From a virus (taxonomy: Duplodnaviria > Caudoviricetes), in the IMG/VR virus record IMGVR_UViG_3300029305_005443, positions 64,001-128,000 of that record: a stretch of 64,000 bases of DNA. One strand, written 5' to 3'. The notes beneath the pieces were generated by a model. That model had not been told where the DNA came from. It saw only the letters and a list, made by a program, of their open reading frames with translations, and searched no databases. Positions 1 to 10,930 of the stretch are shown in pieces (within the stretch, counting starts at the first letter, position 1; each line of letters begins with the position of its first letter). A program made the position numbers and the translations under genes.

Positions 1-851
1 TGACTATAAATGAATTAAAAGAAAAAATAGAAAAGAATGATTTATCAGAAAATATGCTGGTGTTCATACCAGATAAGTCATATTTTTTGGTGACTCAGTA
101 TATAAATAAAATAGCCAAATTAAGAAATCTTTCAGTTGTTTATATAAATGAGTTATCTTCCCCTGGCATGTTTGATGTAGAAGATGACGGAAATCTATAT
201 GTGTTCAAAACAGAAGAATATAAGTTTGAGTTTGAAAAGAAAAATCATATAATTATATCGAAGAAGACAGATTATTTTGATGCAGTAAAATTTCCAGAAG
301 TTGAACAATGGCAAATTGTTGATTATGCAAAAAGTGTTTGCTCTGGTGCAGAAGAATCCATTATTGAAAAATTAATAAAATCAACAAATGATTTGTATGA
401 TTTAGACAATGAGCTTTATAAATTAACGATTTTTGATGAACAAATTAGAAACAGTTTATCTGTTCAATTTTATGAGGATAATGCATATTACAATATAAAT
501 TCAGTAGAAGTATTTGATTTTATAAATGCAGTTCAAAACAAAGATTTAAAGAAAATTTCATATTTATATAATGCTTATGATAAAGATGCCATGTCTTTTA
601 TTGGTCTCATGTACAAGCAAGTCAGAAATATGGTTAATTGTTCTTTGCAAAAGGTTCCAACAGAATTAAACACGGGGTTAAAACAAAATCAGATTTATGC
701 CATAAAAAAAGTTTGTGAAAAGTATTCAAAGAATCAAATATTGAACTTGTTTCAATTTTTAAGCAGCCTTGATTACAGATTAAAATCAGGAGAATTACCA
801 ACAGAAAATCTATTTGATTATGTTTTGGTTAAAGTTTTGAGTTAGATATGA
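1..851 (+). CDS. DNA polymerase III delta/clamp-loader-like subunit (5' truncated by window edge)
   Basis: Frame is open from the window edge. C-terminal LDYRLKSG resembles HolA. Reading TAG 843 as Gln gives stop TGA 849-851, which forms an ATGA overlap with the next gene. Confidence 0.55.
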
Positions 852-1897
852 AGATTTGTTTATATTCAGATGTTCACTGGTCACAATATTCCAGTATTGT
901 AAGAAGTAGGGGTACAAGGTATTCTAAACGATTGGAATATCTTATTGATAGTATGAACTGGGTTCAAAGGACAGGTGTAGAAGAAAATTGCACTGCATTT
1001 GTATGCCTGGGCGACTTTTTTGATAAACCTCAACTTAATGCAGAAGAAATAAGTGCATTGCAAGAGATAAATTGGTCTCATTGGCCTCAATATTTTATTG
1101 TTGGAAACCATGAGATGTTTTCGAGTGACTTATCCGTTAATTCTGTAAATTTGTTCAATTTAATGCCAAATGCAACTGCAATTACAACACCTACCATTAT
1201 TTGTGACAATGTGCTTGCATTACCATATATTCTCAATTCAAATAGAAAGCCATTAAAAGAATATTTTGTTGGTGATGTTGTTCCGTCTGTTATCCTTTCT
1301 CACAATGATATTTCTGGAATTCAAATGGGTTCTTTTATATCAAAAGATGGCTTCACAATTGATGAGATAAATGAGTATGGCGGGTTATTTATAAACGGCC
1401 ATCTTCACAATGGTGGACAGATTTCCAACCTTGGTTACAATATTGGAAATTTATGTGGTCAGAATTTTAGTGAAGATGCATTTTTGTATGGCCATAATAT
1501 CTGGATTATAGACACTTCTACATGCGAGGTTTCAATTTTTACAAATCCATATTCTTTGAATTTTTATAAAATTGATTTTACAGAGGATAATTCCATAGAA
1601 TATATTAATGAAATAAGTTCAAAATTATCTAAAAATTCTGTTGTAACTGTAAAATGTAAAGAAGAAGACCTTAATTATTTGAAGGCAAGATTTGGGACAG
1701 AAGAAGATCCATTAATTCCAAGAAATTGTAACATTGTAGAAGCGAGATTTATTGTGGAATATGATGTTCGAATTGATGATGACAGTAAGAAAGAGGCACT
1801 TTCTGTTGACCATTTACAACAATTTAGTGAATATGTTAAGTCTACTATTGGTGCAAATGATATTATTATTGAAGAGCTTAATGAGGTGTTAAAATGA
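848..1897 (+). CDS. Mre11/SbcD-like nuclease (T4 gp47-like)
   Basis: SDVH, LGDFFD, GNHE, SHND and GHLH metallophosphoesterase motifs; adjacent to a Rad50-like ATPase. Confidence 0.9.
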   Translation: MKICLYSDVHWSQYSSIVRSRGTRYSKRLEYLIDSMNWVQRTGVEENCTAFVCLGDFFDKPQLNAEEISALQEINWSHWPQYFIVGNHEMFSSDLSVNSVNLFNLMPNATAITTPTIICDNVLALPYILNSNRKPLKEYFVGDVVPSVILSHNDISGIQMGSFISKDGFTIDEINEYGGLFINGHLHNGGQISNLGYNIGNLCGQNFSEDAFLYGHNIWIIDTSTCEVSIFTNPYSLNFYKIDFTEDNSIEYINEISSKLSKNSVVTVKCKEEDLNYLKARFGTEEDPLIPRNCNIVEARFIVEYDVRIDDDSKKEALSVDHLQQFSEYVKSTIGANDIIIEELNEVLK

Positions 1898-3765
1898 ATT
1901 TGAAATTTGTTTCCGTGGAACTTTTCAATTTTATGTCATTTGAAAATGCCTTTGTTGACCTTTCGGAAAACGGTTTTGTTAAAGTTTGCGGAGAAAATAA
2001 CAACATAGTTGACAATGCAACTAGCAACGGAAGTGGAAAGAGTGCAATCTGGGAAGCAATTAATTGGTGTTTAACTGGAAATACTATTAGGGGTTCAAAG
2101 GATGTGGCAAGACAAGATTGTGAAGATGGATGCCTTGTTAACTTGATCTTTAAAGTAGATTCTGATACATATGAGATAACTAGAACAAAAAATCATATAA
2201 AATATAAAACCAATTTATTCATTAAAAAGAATGGAGAAGATGTCTCAGGAAAAGGTATTCGTGACACAGAAAAACTTCTTGTTCAATATTTACCAGATCT
2301 GGATTCCAATCTTGTAAACTCAACTATAATTTTAGGTCAAGGCCTTCCTATGAGGTTTACAAACAACACCCCGTCAGGAAGAAAAGATTTGCTTGAGGTT
2401 CTTAGCAAGTCAGATTTTATGATTTCAGATCTTAAGGATAGAGTTTCTGAGCGTAAGAATTATTTGTATGCAAAAAAGAAAAATGTTGAGAAAGAAGAAA
2501 ACAAGTATGAAACCTTGATGGAACTTTCACAAAATAGACTTGATTTTCTTAGACAGACTCTTGAAGATCTTAAAAATGAGGACTTGTCAGATTGGTCAGA
2601 TAAGAAAGAATCCATTGAACAAGAAATTTCTAAAATTGAAAATGATATGGATGATTTGTCTCACAAATATGGTCATTCATTGAACGAAGAAAAAGATTTA
2701 CTTGTTTCTAAAAAGGTTTCTTTATATAAAGATTCTACTACGGCTAGTGAGCTCAAAACAACAGAAAAGGGAATTTCTCTAAATGACATTACAGCAAGAG
2801 TTTTTGAACTACAATCAGAAATAAAGCGTGTAGAATCTGAGATAAACAAGCTCGAGTCCATTAAGGATGTTTGCCCGACTTGTGGGCAAAAAATACCAGG
2901 TGTCCACAAAGCAGATACAAGTTCTTTACACAATGAACTTGACTCATTGAAGTCAAAACTTTCGGAAAAAATTACTGAAAAAACAACTTTGTCTGAAAAG
3001 TTTGACAAAGAAATTCAGGAAATTAAAGATGAGTATGCTTCTTATATTACGGAAGTAGATAAACAAATTAATGGTGTATCTTCTGAAATTATCAAATTTT
3101 CTGACTTGCAAGATAAACTTTCAGAAAAACTTGAAGAAATTAAACTCATTGAAAACAAGATCGAATCTCATGAGTCAAATATAAAAGCTTTAGAGAATGA
3201 CATTAAGTCAGAGGTTGATAGTGAGAGTGAGTCTCACAGGATTTACATTGAAAAGAAGACAGAACGAGAAGACATTGATAAGCACCTTGAAGTTCAAAGC
3301 AGTTTTGAAACAGTACTTAAAAGGGATTTCAGAGGAATTCTTCTTCAAAATTGTATAACATATATAAATAGCAAAGCCAAGGAATATTGCAAAAAGATAT
3401 TTGATACAAATTCAATAGAATTTGCATTAGATGGAAACAATATTTCTATTAGTTATGCTGGTAAAGAATACGAATCTTTGTCTGGTGGTGAAAAGCAAAA
3501 GATTGATTTGATTATTCAATTTTCCATTAGGGATATGCTTTGTACTTACTTGAATTTTAACTGCAATTTGCTGGTACTTGATGAATTAACTGACAATTTG
3601 GATTCTATCGGGTGCAAAAAAGTAATTGATTTCATTTCAACAGAATTAACTGATATTGATAGTGTATTTATAATAAGTCACAGAACAGATCTTGAAGTTC
3701 CTTATGATAAAACTTTGACTGTTACCAAAAATAATCAAGGAATAAGTAGTTGTGTTTTACTCTAA
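1894..3765 (+). CDS. Rad50/SbcC-like ATPase (T4 gp46-like)
   Basis: Walker A NGSGKS, coiled coil with CPTCG zinc hook, LSGGE signature, LVLDE Walker B, ISH. Confidence 0.93.
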   Translation: MNLKFVSVELFNFMSFENAFVDLSENGFVKVCGENNNIVDNATSNGSGKSAIWEAINWCLTGNTIRGSKDVARQDCEDGCLVNLIFKVDSDTYEITRTKNHIKYKTNLFIKKNGEDVSGKGIRDTEKLLVQYLPDLDSNLVNSTIILGQGLPMRFTNNTPSGRKDLLEVLSKSDFMISDLKDRVSERKNYLYAKKKNVEKEENKYETLMELSQNRLDFLRQTLEDLKNEDLSDWSDKKESIEQEISKIENDMDDLSHKYGHSLNEEKDLLVSKKVSLYKDSTTASELKTTEKGISLNDITARVFELQSEIKRVESEINKLESIKDVCPTCGQKIPGVHKADTSSLHNELDSLKSKLSEKITEKTTLSEKFDKEIQEIKDEYASYITEVDKQINGVSSEIIKFSDLQDKLSEKLEEIKLIENKIESHESNIKALENDIKSEVDSESESHRIYIEKKTEREDIDKHLEVQSSFETVLKRDFRGILLQNCITYINSKAKEYCKKIFDTNSIEFALDGNNISISYAGKEYESLSGGEKQKIDLIIQFSIRDMLCTYLNFNCNLLVLDELTDNLDSIGCKKVIDFISTELTDIDSVFIISHRTDLEVPYDKTLTVTKNNQGISSCVLL

Positions 3766-4570
3766 GCCGCATAATGTAACTTATACTCAAATGGCAATTT
3801 GGATAGATGAGAACGGTCATAAACCAGATTGTGATTAGCAAATGTTATTTGAGTATCTGTATCATTTGTGCTATATATTGTCTTACAAATGGAAATATTT
3901 TAATACTTAGAAAGATTATGATGAATTTGCAATTTTTTCTGCAGGCATCCTATTTAAAAGATATGTTTAGTAGAGTCAGCTACAGCCAGTTAAGAGCAGT
4001 TTAAATTATATCAAAAAAGTTTTAAGAATATATAAAATTCAATTTCAAAAAGAATTTTTTTAGGAAAATATAACTCGTGACATTTAGGATGAAAATGTAA
4101 AATATAATATTTCTTTTGAATATGAATTGTAGGATAAATGTTCCTAGTTAAATAAAGTTGAATTTTTAGTGTATCTTCAAGATATTCCGAGAACAATTTT
4201 GGGAAGTTTGACTAACAGCATACCAAAGAAAAAACATTCTTCTGAGTTTACAAATATCTATTTAAGTTGTTTACTTACATTTCTTGATTTGATTACTCCT
4301 TCTGTTCAGGAACAAAAGCAACTCGACTCAATTCAAAGAAGTGATTATATTTATACAAATTTATACTTGTAGTTGTATAAAATTCCGGATGGGTATAAAC
4401 CTGTCTTGTATCATCTTGATAAAACATATGAGGATTATATTTTATTATTGGTGAAACGAATACGAGCTTCTATAAGAAATGATTTGAAAGAACTCTTATA
4501 TCAACATTTTCCGATAAATGATCTTTATTAGGACATATTGGAACAATTTTAGGAAAGCAATGATAACTGA
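3752..4570 (+). CDS. TAG-rich protein (272 aa in code 15), possible gp55-like sigma factor
   Basis: One frame from GTG 3752 to TGA 4568 interrupted only by 11 TAGs; fills the gap exactly; function is inference. Confidence 0.6.
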
Positions 4571-4928
4571 TAATTTGAAAAGGTTGAACACAAGAGATAT
4601 TTATTCTATGTTGTTGTTTGTCTTATTCAAGATGCAACAAATACCGGGTCAATCAACCTTAAGTGAATTAATTTATATACTTGACAAAGAATCTGTTCTC
4701 AAATTGTGTGAATTTTATGGCGGTCAGACCATAACAATTCCAACAATAGAAGATTTGGAAATATTGGTATATTGTTTAATTGTTTATAACGATGTTGTTT
4801 TAGAAAAACAAGACTTAGAAAAAGTTTTGAAGAAGTTACCTGTTGAAACCCATGTACTTAAGAAAATAAAAACAAAGTATATAGAAGTTGCAGAAACATT
4901 GGAAGAATATGAGTTCTTTTCGAGATAA
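4560..4928 (+). CDS. Mor-like transcription regulator
   Basis: LKLCEFYGGQTITIP resembles the Mor-family GG-x-x-IYIP motif. Confidence 0.5.
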   Translation: MITDNLKRLNTRDIYSMLLFVLFKMQQIPGQSTLSELIYILDKESVLKLCEFYGGQTITIPTIEDLEILVYCLIVYNDVVLEKQDLEKVLKKLPVETHVLKKIKTKYIEVAETLEEYEFFSR

Positions 4929-5136
4929 ATTAGTATCAATGTCAAAAGAATTGACAAAATACGGAAAACGTGATAAAACACAACTAATGGAAGATTATGT
5001 TTCTAAAAGATTGGAAAAATCTGTATCAACTTATTACGACCAGATGTTCTCATATATGGAAGCACTTTCTTCTTACAATACATTAAAAGTTGTGCGAAGA
5101 TTAACTAAACTGGACAACAAAAAAGATGTATTATGA
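4909..5136 (+). CDS. hypothetical protein
   Basis: ORF overlapping both neighbours. Confidence 0.6.
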   Translation: MSSFRDKLVSMSKELTKYGKRDKTQLMEDYVSKRLEKSVSTYYDQMFSYMEALSSYNTLKVVRRLTKLDNKKDVL

Positions 5137-5389
5137 TAATGTTGAATTAAAAGATTGGTCAGATCTTGTAGAAAAAACAGCAAAACAATGGAAAAATGGT
5201 TTGTCAGTTGAACAGTGGGCAGGCACAACCACAGAAGAAATATTCAATTGGATAAATACTGGCACTGTAGCAATACCTGATGAAATGACTTATGAAGACA
5301 TAAAAATGTTTTCTAGAGATGTTTGTAATGCTGTTAATGATGACGGAATTGAAGAACTTTCATAGCAGGAAAATAATAATGACTATTGA
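5126..5389 (+). CDS. hypothetical protein (1 in-frame TAG)
   Basis: ORF extended through TAG 5363 to TGA. Confidence 0.6.
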
Positions 5390-5708
5390 TATTTATTCTG
5401 ATGTTTCTGATTTATTGGGTTTGTATAAACAACAATTGGATTAGATTTCAGATGCAGTTCAAAAAGATATATGTCAATGTATTTTAGAATCTATCGAGAA
5501 TGAGGAAGATGTTTGTGTTGTCGATATAGGCATAGGAAACCTCATTATAGGTATAGATGAAGATGGGTTGGAATATAAATTCATACCATCAGATAAATTA
5601 GAAGATATGATTAGAAGTTCTCTTGAAACTGGTGAAAGTCCTCTTCAAAAGCAAGTTGAAAACAAAATTACAAAGCGCATGCTTAGAATTTACAAGGAAT
5701 TATTCTGA
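5379..5708 (+). CDS. hypothetical protein (recoded, missed by ORF track)
   Basis: ATG 5379 with SD, one in-frame TAG, TGA overlapping the next ATG. Confidence 0.65.
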
Positions 5709-6160
5709 TGGATGACCAATTGTTAAATTTATCTGTGGAAGATTTAAGAAATAAACTTTTATCAACTACAGATAACCAAGAACTTACAGATTTAGTTTCT
5801 CTGTTCAATTTAAACTTAAAAAAGAAAGAAATAGTTAGAGCTGATGTTTTGTCAGATTTGTAGGATAAATTAGCTCAACAAATGGAACAGAGGATACAAA
5901 AGCATTCAGACACATTTAGCAACAGAGATTTGCTCGAATATTTAAATGCAATTCAGGCAATTTTGAATAAACAAACAAAAACAGTAGAAGGTCCTGCACC
6001 TACTATTGCAATTCAGAATAATGTGGTAATATCAGATAACACTCAAGAATTAGATAAAGATTCTAGGGATAAAGTTACTGATTTAATAAAAAATATATTA
6101 AAACAACAACAGGCAGATGTATTTATTGATGAACCCGATGTTGTGGAACAAGGAGAATAA
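5708..6160 (+). CDS. helical hypothetical protein (1 in-frame TAG)
   Basis: ATG 5708 is in frame with ORF 5882 through TAG 5861. Confidence 0.7.
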
Positions 6161-6169
6161 AAATCTATT

Positions 6170-7366
6170 ATGTTTGACAATGAATTAAAGACTTTGTACG
6201 ACTCTAAGGAAGAACTTGGCCTTACTTGGAAAGATATTGCTGAAACATTAAACAAAAAGTATGGCACAGCTTATTCTGCAGATGCTTGTAGAAAAAGGTG
6301 CTCTAGGCATTGCGATAATTACGAACAGTTAGAATTTAAGTTTGAACCAGAACCACAAGAAAAAGAAAACGATTTCAATATTCAAGAAGAATTTGACATT
6401 AGGAAGGAAATTCAAAGACTTCGTGATGAAAGGTCTCAGTTAAATAGTCTTTATAGACAAGCCACAAGAGAAGATTTTTTGAAGGATATTGCAGTTGAAT
6501 GCGCTGAAAAAATTGCTAAAGAATACCCTTTTAAAGATGTATTTAAAGTAACGGAAAGAAAAGTTTCAGATAAGGATGGTGTTCTTCTTCTTTCTGATTG
6601 GCACTATGGAATAGAAATAGACAATCATTGGAATAAGTACTCCCCAGAAATTTGCAAACAAAGAATTGCAACTTTATATGGTGAGGTTGTTGGGTTTATT
6701 CATAATTATGACATTCAAACCCTCTATGTTGTAAACCTTGGGGATCTTATTTCGGGAAGAATCCATTCCCAATTAAGAATTGAGAATCGTGAAGATGCCG
6801 TTAGTCAAACAATGCACGTGGCAGAATTACTCGCATCTTTCCTGTATGAACTTTCAAAAGAAGTCGAAATTGAGTATTATGATTGTTTAGACAATCATTC
6901 AAGAATAGAACCAAACAAGAAAGAATCTTTACGACTTGAGTCACTTGCCAGAATTATAACTTGGTATCTCAAGGAAAGATTTTATTCATTTGAAAATGTC
7001 AGAATAAATTTTAACACTTATGCAGATGATATTTTAACTTTCACTACTGGATGGGGATGGAATGTTGTTGGTGTTCACGGAGATTTAGATTCTCAAAGGT
7101 CAGTGATAAAAAATATGAGGGGTATGTTGGACATTAGGCCAGACCTTGTTTGTACTGCTCATATGCATCATTTTAGCGCAAATGAAGAAAATGAGTGCAT
7201 TTTGATTTCTAACCCTTCTGTTATGGGAACTGATAGTTTTGCTGAAAGTAAGAGACTTTCTAGCTCACCTGCGCAGACTTTAGTGATTATGGATGCAAAT
7301 TCTCCAGCCTATGCCATTCATAGAATTGCATTGGATGAGAAAATATATTCAAAGATTGTTGAATAA
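6170..7366 (+). CDS. metallophosphoesterase with N-terminal HTH-like region
   Basis: SDWHYG, LGDL, NH, HGD and AHMHH motifs. Confidence 0.8.
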   Translation: MFDNELKTLYDSKEELGLTWKDIAETLNKKYGTAYSADACRKRCSRHCDNYEQLEFKFEPEPQEKENDFNIQEEFDIRKEIQRLRDERSQLNSLYRQATREDFLKDIAVECAEKIAKEYPFKDVFKVTERKVSDKDGVLLLSDWHYGIEIDNHWNKYSPEICKQRIATLYGEVVGFIHNYDIQTLYVVNLGDLISGRIHSQLRIENREDAVSQTMHVAELLASFLYELSKEVEIEYYDCLDNHSRIEPNKKESLRLESLARIITWYLKERFYSFENVRINFNTYADDILTFTTGWGWNVVGVHGDLDSQRSVIKNMRGMLDIRPDLVCTAHMHHFSANEENECILISNPSVMGTDSFAESKRLSSSPAQTLVIMDANSPAYAIHRIALDEKIYSKIVE

Positions 7367-7401
7367 GTCCTTTATGGTAAGGTCAACAAGAAAGGAAAAC
7401 A

Positions 7402-7836
7402 ATGAAATACTATTCTGATTTGACTAAGAAAATTTATGAGTCAGAAAAAGAGCTTTGTGAAGCCGAAGACAGAATGAAGGCAGACGAAGCTGAAAAGGAA
7501 AAGAAAGCAGCTATTGTTTCTAATGAAAAGAAGCAACTTGCAAAAGCTGTTGAAGATGCAGAAAAAGAGCTTGATGAGGCCTACAAAGAGCTTGATGCTG
7601 CAAGAGAACAAGCAAGGTTACTTCAGAAAGAAACAATCAAGAAGATGGAAGACCTTGTTCATCCTGTGGAAGAAAAGGTCAAATCTCTTCAGGCCAAGAA
7701 ATTTGATGCAGTCCATGCATTTAATGTGAAGTATGGCCCATTTACTACAACTATCACCGGTGCTAAAGCTGCTGAAGAAATGACCCGTGTTTGGCGGGCA
7801 TTTGACAAATTGTTTGATTTTGATTTCTTTTTCTGA
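7402..7836 (+). CDS. coiled-coil hypothetical protein
   Basis: SD AAGG, ORF, followed by a hairpin at 7861-7890. Confidence 0.75.
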   Translation: MKYYSDLTKKIYESEKELCEAEDRMKADEAEKEKKAAIVSNEKKQLAKAVEDAEKELDEAYKELDAAREQARLLQKETIKKMEDLVHPVEEKVKSLQAKKFDAVHAFNVKYGPFTTTITGAKAAEEMTRVWRAFDKLFDFDFFF

Positions 7837-7916
7837 TGTTCAGTCAGAATAAGTACTGAAGTGCCCTCTCTGCTATGGCAGAGGGGACACCTCAAATTTT
7901 AACCAGGGAGATAACA

Positions 7917-8231
7917 ATGTCCTTAAAGCATTTTACTGAATATTATAATGAATTATCACAAAATTATACAGATATGGTCAACGGGCTGCACGAGTTAGAA
8001 GTTGCTTGCTCTACTGGTATGGTAGAACCAGAGAGAGTTGAGCAATTTATGAAAACCATGCAGCCTATTAAAGACTCATTCTTATCTGTTCAATACATAA
8101 AATATCTTTTGGACAAACCTAATAAAAAGGAAAAGCAGAAAAGATATGAACAACAATATAAAAAACTAGACAAAATAAAGTTTGAAAATCTACCCGAAGA
8201 AAACAGAAAGAAATTAAAGGAATTAAAATGA
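7917..8231 (+). CDS. hypothetical protein
   Basis: GGAG SD and ATG 7917. Confidence 0.7.
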   Translation: MSLKHFTEYYNELSQNYTDMVNGLHELEVACSTGMVEPERVEQFMKTMQPIKDSFLSVQYIKYLLDKPNKKEKQKRYEQQYKKLDKIKFENLPEENRKKLKELK

Positions 8232-8503
8232 AAGAATTATTGTAGGACATTGGCATAACTGAGTCTGGGTATTATACAGAAGACGATGAATATGTCATTG
8301 AATTGGATGACTCAAATTAGTACAGTAGAATATTCAGCCTCCTTGAAAAAAGCAATGAAGTCCATGAGGTTGAAGACGATTCTGTGTTTGATTTGGAAAA
8401 GAATACTTTGTATTTTGAGTCTGAAGATTATGACATTGAACTAAGTGCAGATCTTGATGATGATTTTTACAAATTAACAGTTAGAAGTAAAACTGGAGAG
8501 TAA
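8228..8503 (+). CDS. acidic hypothetical protein (2 in-frame TAG)
   Basis: ATGA overlap start, TAA directly before the next gene; missed by ORF track. Confidence 0.65.
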
Positions 8504-8504
8504 A

Positions 8505-9206
8505 ATGGCAGAAGTTAAAGAATTTGTTTATGATTTAGAAGAACTTGGTCAGAGGAGTGATGAGCTTGATGTTCGTAAAGAAAATAAGCTTATTAAATCA
8601 ATTGTTCTTGATTTGAAATTTACTCTCAGGGAACATAATCTTTTGGGGCTTTCTGCCCCACAAATAGGAATTTATAAGAGGGTCATAATTCTTAATTTTA
8701 ATGGTGACATTAGATCTTTTGTGAACCCACTTATAACAAAATGTGAGGGGTTATCATTTAATAAAGAATCCATTCCAAATATTCCCGATAAATTTTTCTT
8801 GGTGCCGAGGTACAATAATATTGAGGTTGCATTTGTTACACCAACTGGTAAAATCCAAAATTATAATCTTTTGGGAGTAGCGGCTCATATAATGCAGCAG
8901 CAGATTGACCTGTTAGAGGGAATTTTCCCTTCAGATGTTGGATTTGAAATTGATGAAGATTTTGAAAATGCATCTGAAGAAGAAAAAGAAGAAGTAATGC
9001 AACTTTTCCTTGAGTCTCTTGACATTAAGAAGGAAGAACTTGAAAAAGAAATTAATGAAAATGACGATCTTAAAAAGATGAGAGAAGGTATTAACTTTAT
9101 TCATTCAGTCGCACGTGGTGAAACAAAAGTTATTCCGGGATCTCTTCTTGAAATGGATAAAGAAAACAATAAAGAAGAGAAAAACGATGAACCAGATAAC
9201 ACTTGA
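8505..9206 (+). CDS. peptide deformylase-like protein, catalytically degenerate
   Basis: GLSAPQIG motif 1 and FVNP present; EGCLS and HEXXH replaced by ESIPNI and QQQIDLL. Confidence 0.75.
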   Translation: MAEVKEFVYDLEELGQRSDELDVRKENKLIKSIVLDLKFTLREHNLLGLSAPQIGIYKRVIILNFNGDIRSFVNPLITKCEGLSFNKESIPNIPDKFFLVPRYNNIEVAFVTPTGKIQNYNLLGVAAHIMQQQIDLLEGIFPSDVGFEIDEDFENASEEEKEEVMQLFLESLDIKKEELEKEINENDDLKKMREGINFIHSVARGETKVIPGSLLEMDKENNKEEKNDEPDNT

Positions 9207-9816
9207 CGGAATTATTAGAGATATTCAAGATTCCCATGTTATCAATGATGTTTAGTATCAAAAAGCTCATTTTATTGTTAGGAATTCTAACGGAAAAGAA
9301 AGCATTTTAAATCTATAGTTTAAAAAGTTTCAATGTAATGCAAAAGAAGGAGATCATTTATCAATTATTGGTAATGTGAGATCTTATTCACAAAAAATAA
9401 GTGAAACAAAAAACCATGTTACAGTTTATGTGTTTACCTATTTTGATGAAGCAGAACCAACAGAAGAAAATACTCCTCAACCAGCAACATTTTTAGTAGA
9501 CGGAAGAACTTGCAAAATAGAAGAATTAAGAAAATTAGAAAATGATAAAGTGAATATACACTTCATTTTAGCAAATAATATTTTCCAAGGAACTTCTAAG
9601 CTTAATAGTTATTTGCCTTGTATTGCTTGGGGAAAATGTGCAAAAGAAATTTCTAAACTGTAGAAAAATGACAACATTGTTATAACTGGAGAATTAAGAA
9701 GTAGGGAATACAAAAAACCACTCGGTAATGGTGAGTTTGAAATTAGAATGGCTCATGAGTTGGTTGTCACAGATTTTAGGAAGTTACAAAATGAAGAATA
9801 GCTATCTGTATCTTAA
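9187..9816 (+). CDS. ssb: single-stranded DNA-binding protein, tandem OB type (4 in-frame TAG)
   Basis: GNVRSY, YLPCIAWG and GELRSREYKK join in one frame only when TAG is read through. Confidence 0.75.
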
Positions 9817-10174
9817 ACAAGTTTAGTACATGGATTCTGTTACCATAGATGATATTGGTAATGTTATACTTGACGGGTTTAACGATTATGGTGAAGAATT
9901 TTTTCTTATTATAAGAACAGTTTTAGGTGTCTCAAGAATTCTTGAGTATGGTCCAATACAATAGGGTGTCACTACTTTTTGCCAATGCACTTTTTAGCAA
10001 ATGGATTATGACGATAGAAAAATTGATAAAATTGTTGATAAATTTCTTACAGATAAGAAAAATTTAACACAAGTTTAGGCATTTGATGTTTCAAAAAAAG
10101 ATGATTTAATCAACTGCACAGATAGGTTGCCAAATATAGTGGGGTTTTTATATGATACAAAGACAACAAATTAA
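9791..10174 (+). CDS. hypothetical protein (4 in-frame TAG)
   Basis: Continuous frame in code 15 filling an apparent gap. Confidence 0.6.
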
Positions 10175-10367
10175 AGACTTTCATAAAAAAATAATTGGTT
10201 ATGTTGATACCGACACCACTACTGGTGTAAAAACAGTTAGAACATTTGGTATGAAAATTGTTGGAACATATGACCCAAAAACGGACCTTACAAGAGATTT
10301 TTATAAAAGGATAATCGGTCACGGTGACCTCACAATGATGTTGTTGCAACAGGAGAATTCAAAATAA
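10152..10367 (+). CDS. hypothetical protein
   Basis: ORF with TAATG overlap into the next gene. Confidence 0.65.
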   Translation: MIQRQQIKDFHKKIIGYVDTDTTTGVKTVRTFGMKIVGTYDPKTDLTRDFYKRIIGHGDLTMMLLQQENSK

Positions 10368-10705
10368 TGCTAATAAGACTTCGTTATTGGTTACAAAAAC
10401 ATATCAAAATGCCATTCCAAAGAGCTGTGAGGGGGTATTGTGACTATGATTTATGGAATATAAATTGCTGGTTTTTAGATACAATGTCAAAAATGCTCCT
10501 AAGGTTATCAAAAGAAGCTGTTAGCTACCCAGGCAGGGGTAAATACATTGAGTTCGAACCGTGGGCTAAAGATCTAGAAAAATATGGTCATATGGCCAAA
10601 AGACTTTATGATGTTGACTATGATTTAAGAACTGACGATTATAAGAACGACCTTGAGGAGTTTTTAAGTTGGTTCAAAGAATATTTTAAAGAATTGTGGG
10701 ATTGA
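10367..10705 (+). CDS. hypothetical phage protein
   Basis: ORF; RGYCDYDLWN...YP...LWD pattern. Confidence 0.7.
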   Translation: MLIRLRYWLQKHIKMPFQRAVRGYCDYDLWNINCWFLDTMSKMLLRLSKEAVSYPGRGKYIEFEPWAKDLEKYGHMAKRLYDVDYDLRTDDYKNDLEEFLSWFKEYFKELWD

Positions 10706-10710
10706 GAAAG

Positions 10711-10920
10711 ATGATTACATTGTATAGTACAAATTGCCCAAAGTGCAAAGTACTTGAGCAAAAATTAAAGAAAGCTAATTTAGAATATGTTGTTGTTGAC
10801 GACATTGATAAAGTTGTTGAATATGGAAGACAACATGGAATAAAAACTGCTCCCATTTTAGACATTGATGGGGAAGCATATGATTTTGCTAAGGCTCTCG
10901 ACTATGTAAAGTATAAGTGA
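10711..10920 (+). CDS. glutaredoxin/NrdH-like redoxin
   Basis: LYSTNCPKC, TAP; upstream of nrdD. Confidence 0.85.
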   Translation: MITLYSTNCPKCKVLEQKLKKANLEYVVVDDIDKVVEYGRQHGIKTAPILDIDGEAYDFAKALDYVKYK

Positions 10921-10930
10921 AAGGCAACTT

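Noticed and set aside
5708-6160. Small terminase subunit
   Set aside because: Only a vague helical and IQNNVVI resemblance, and far from the large subunit
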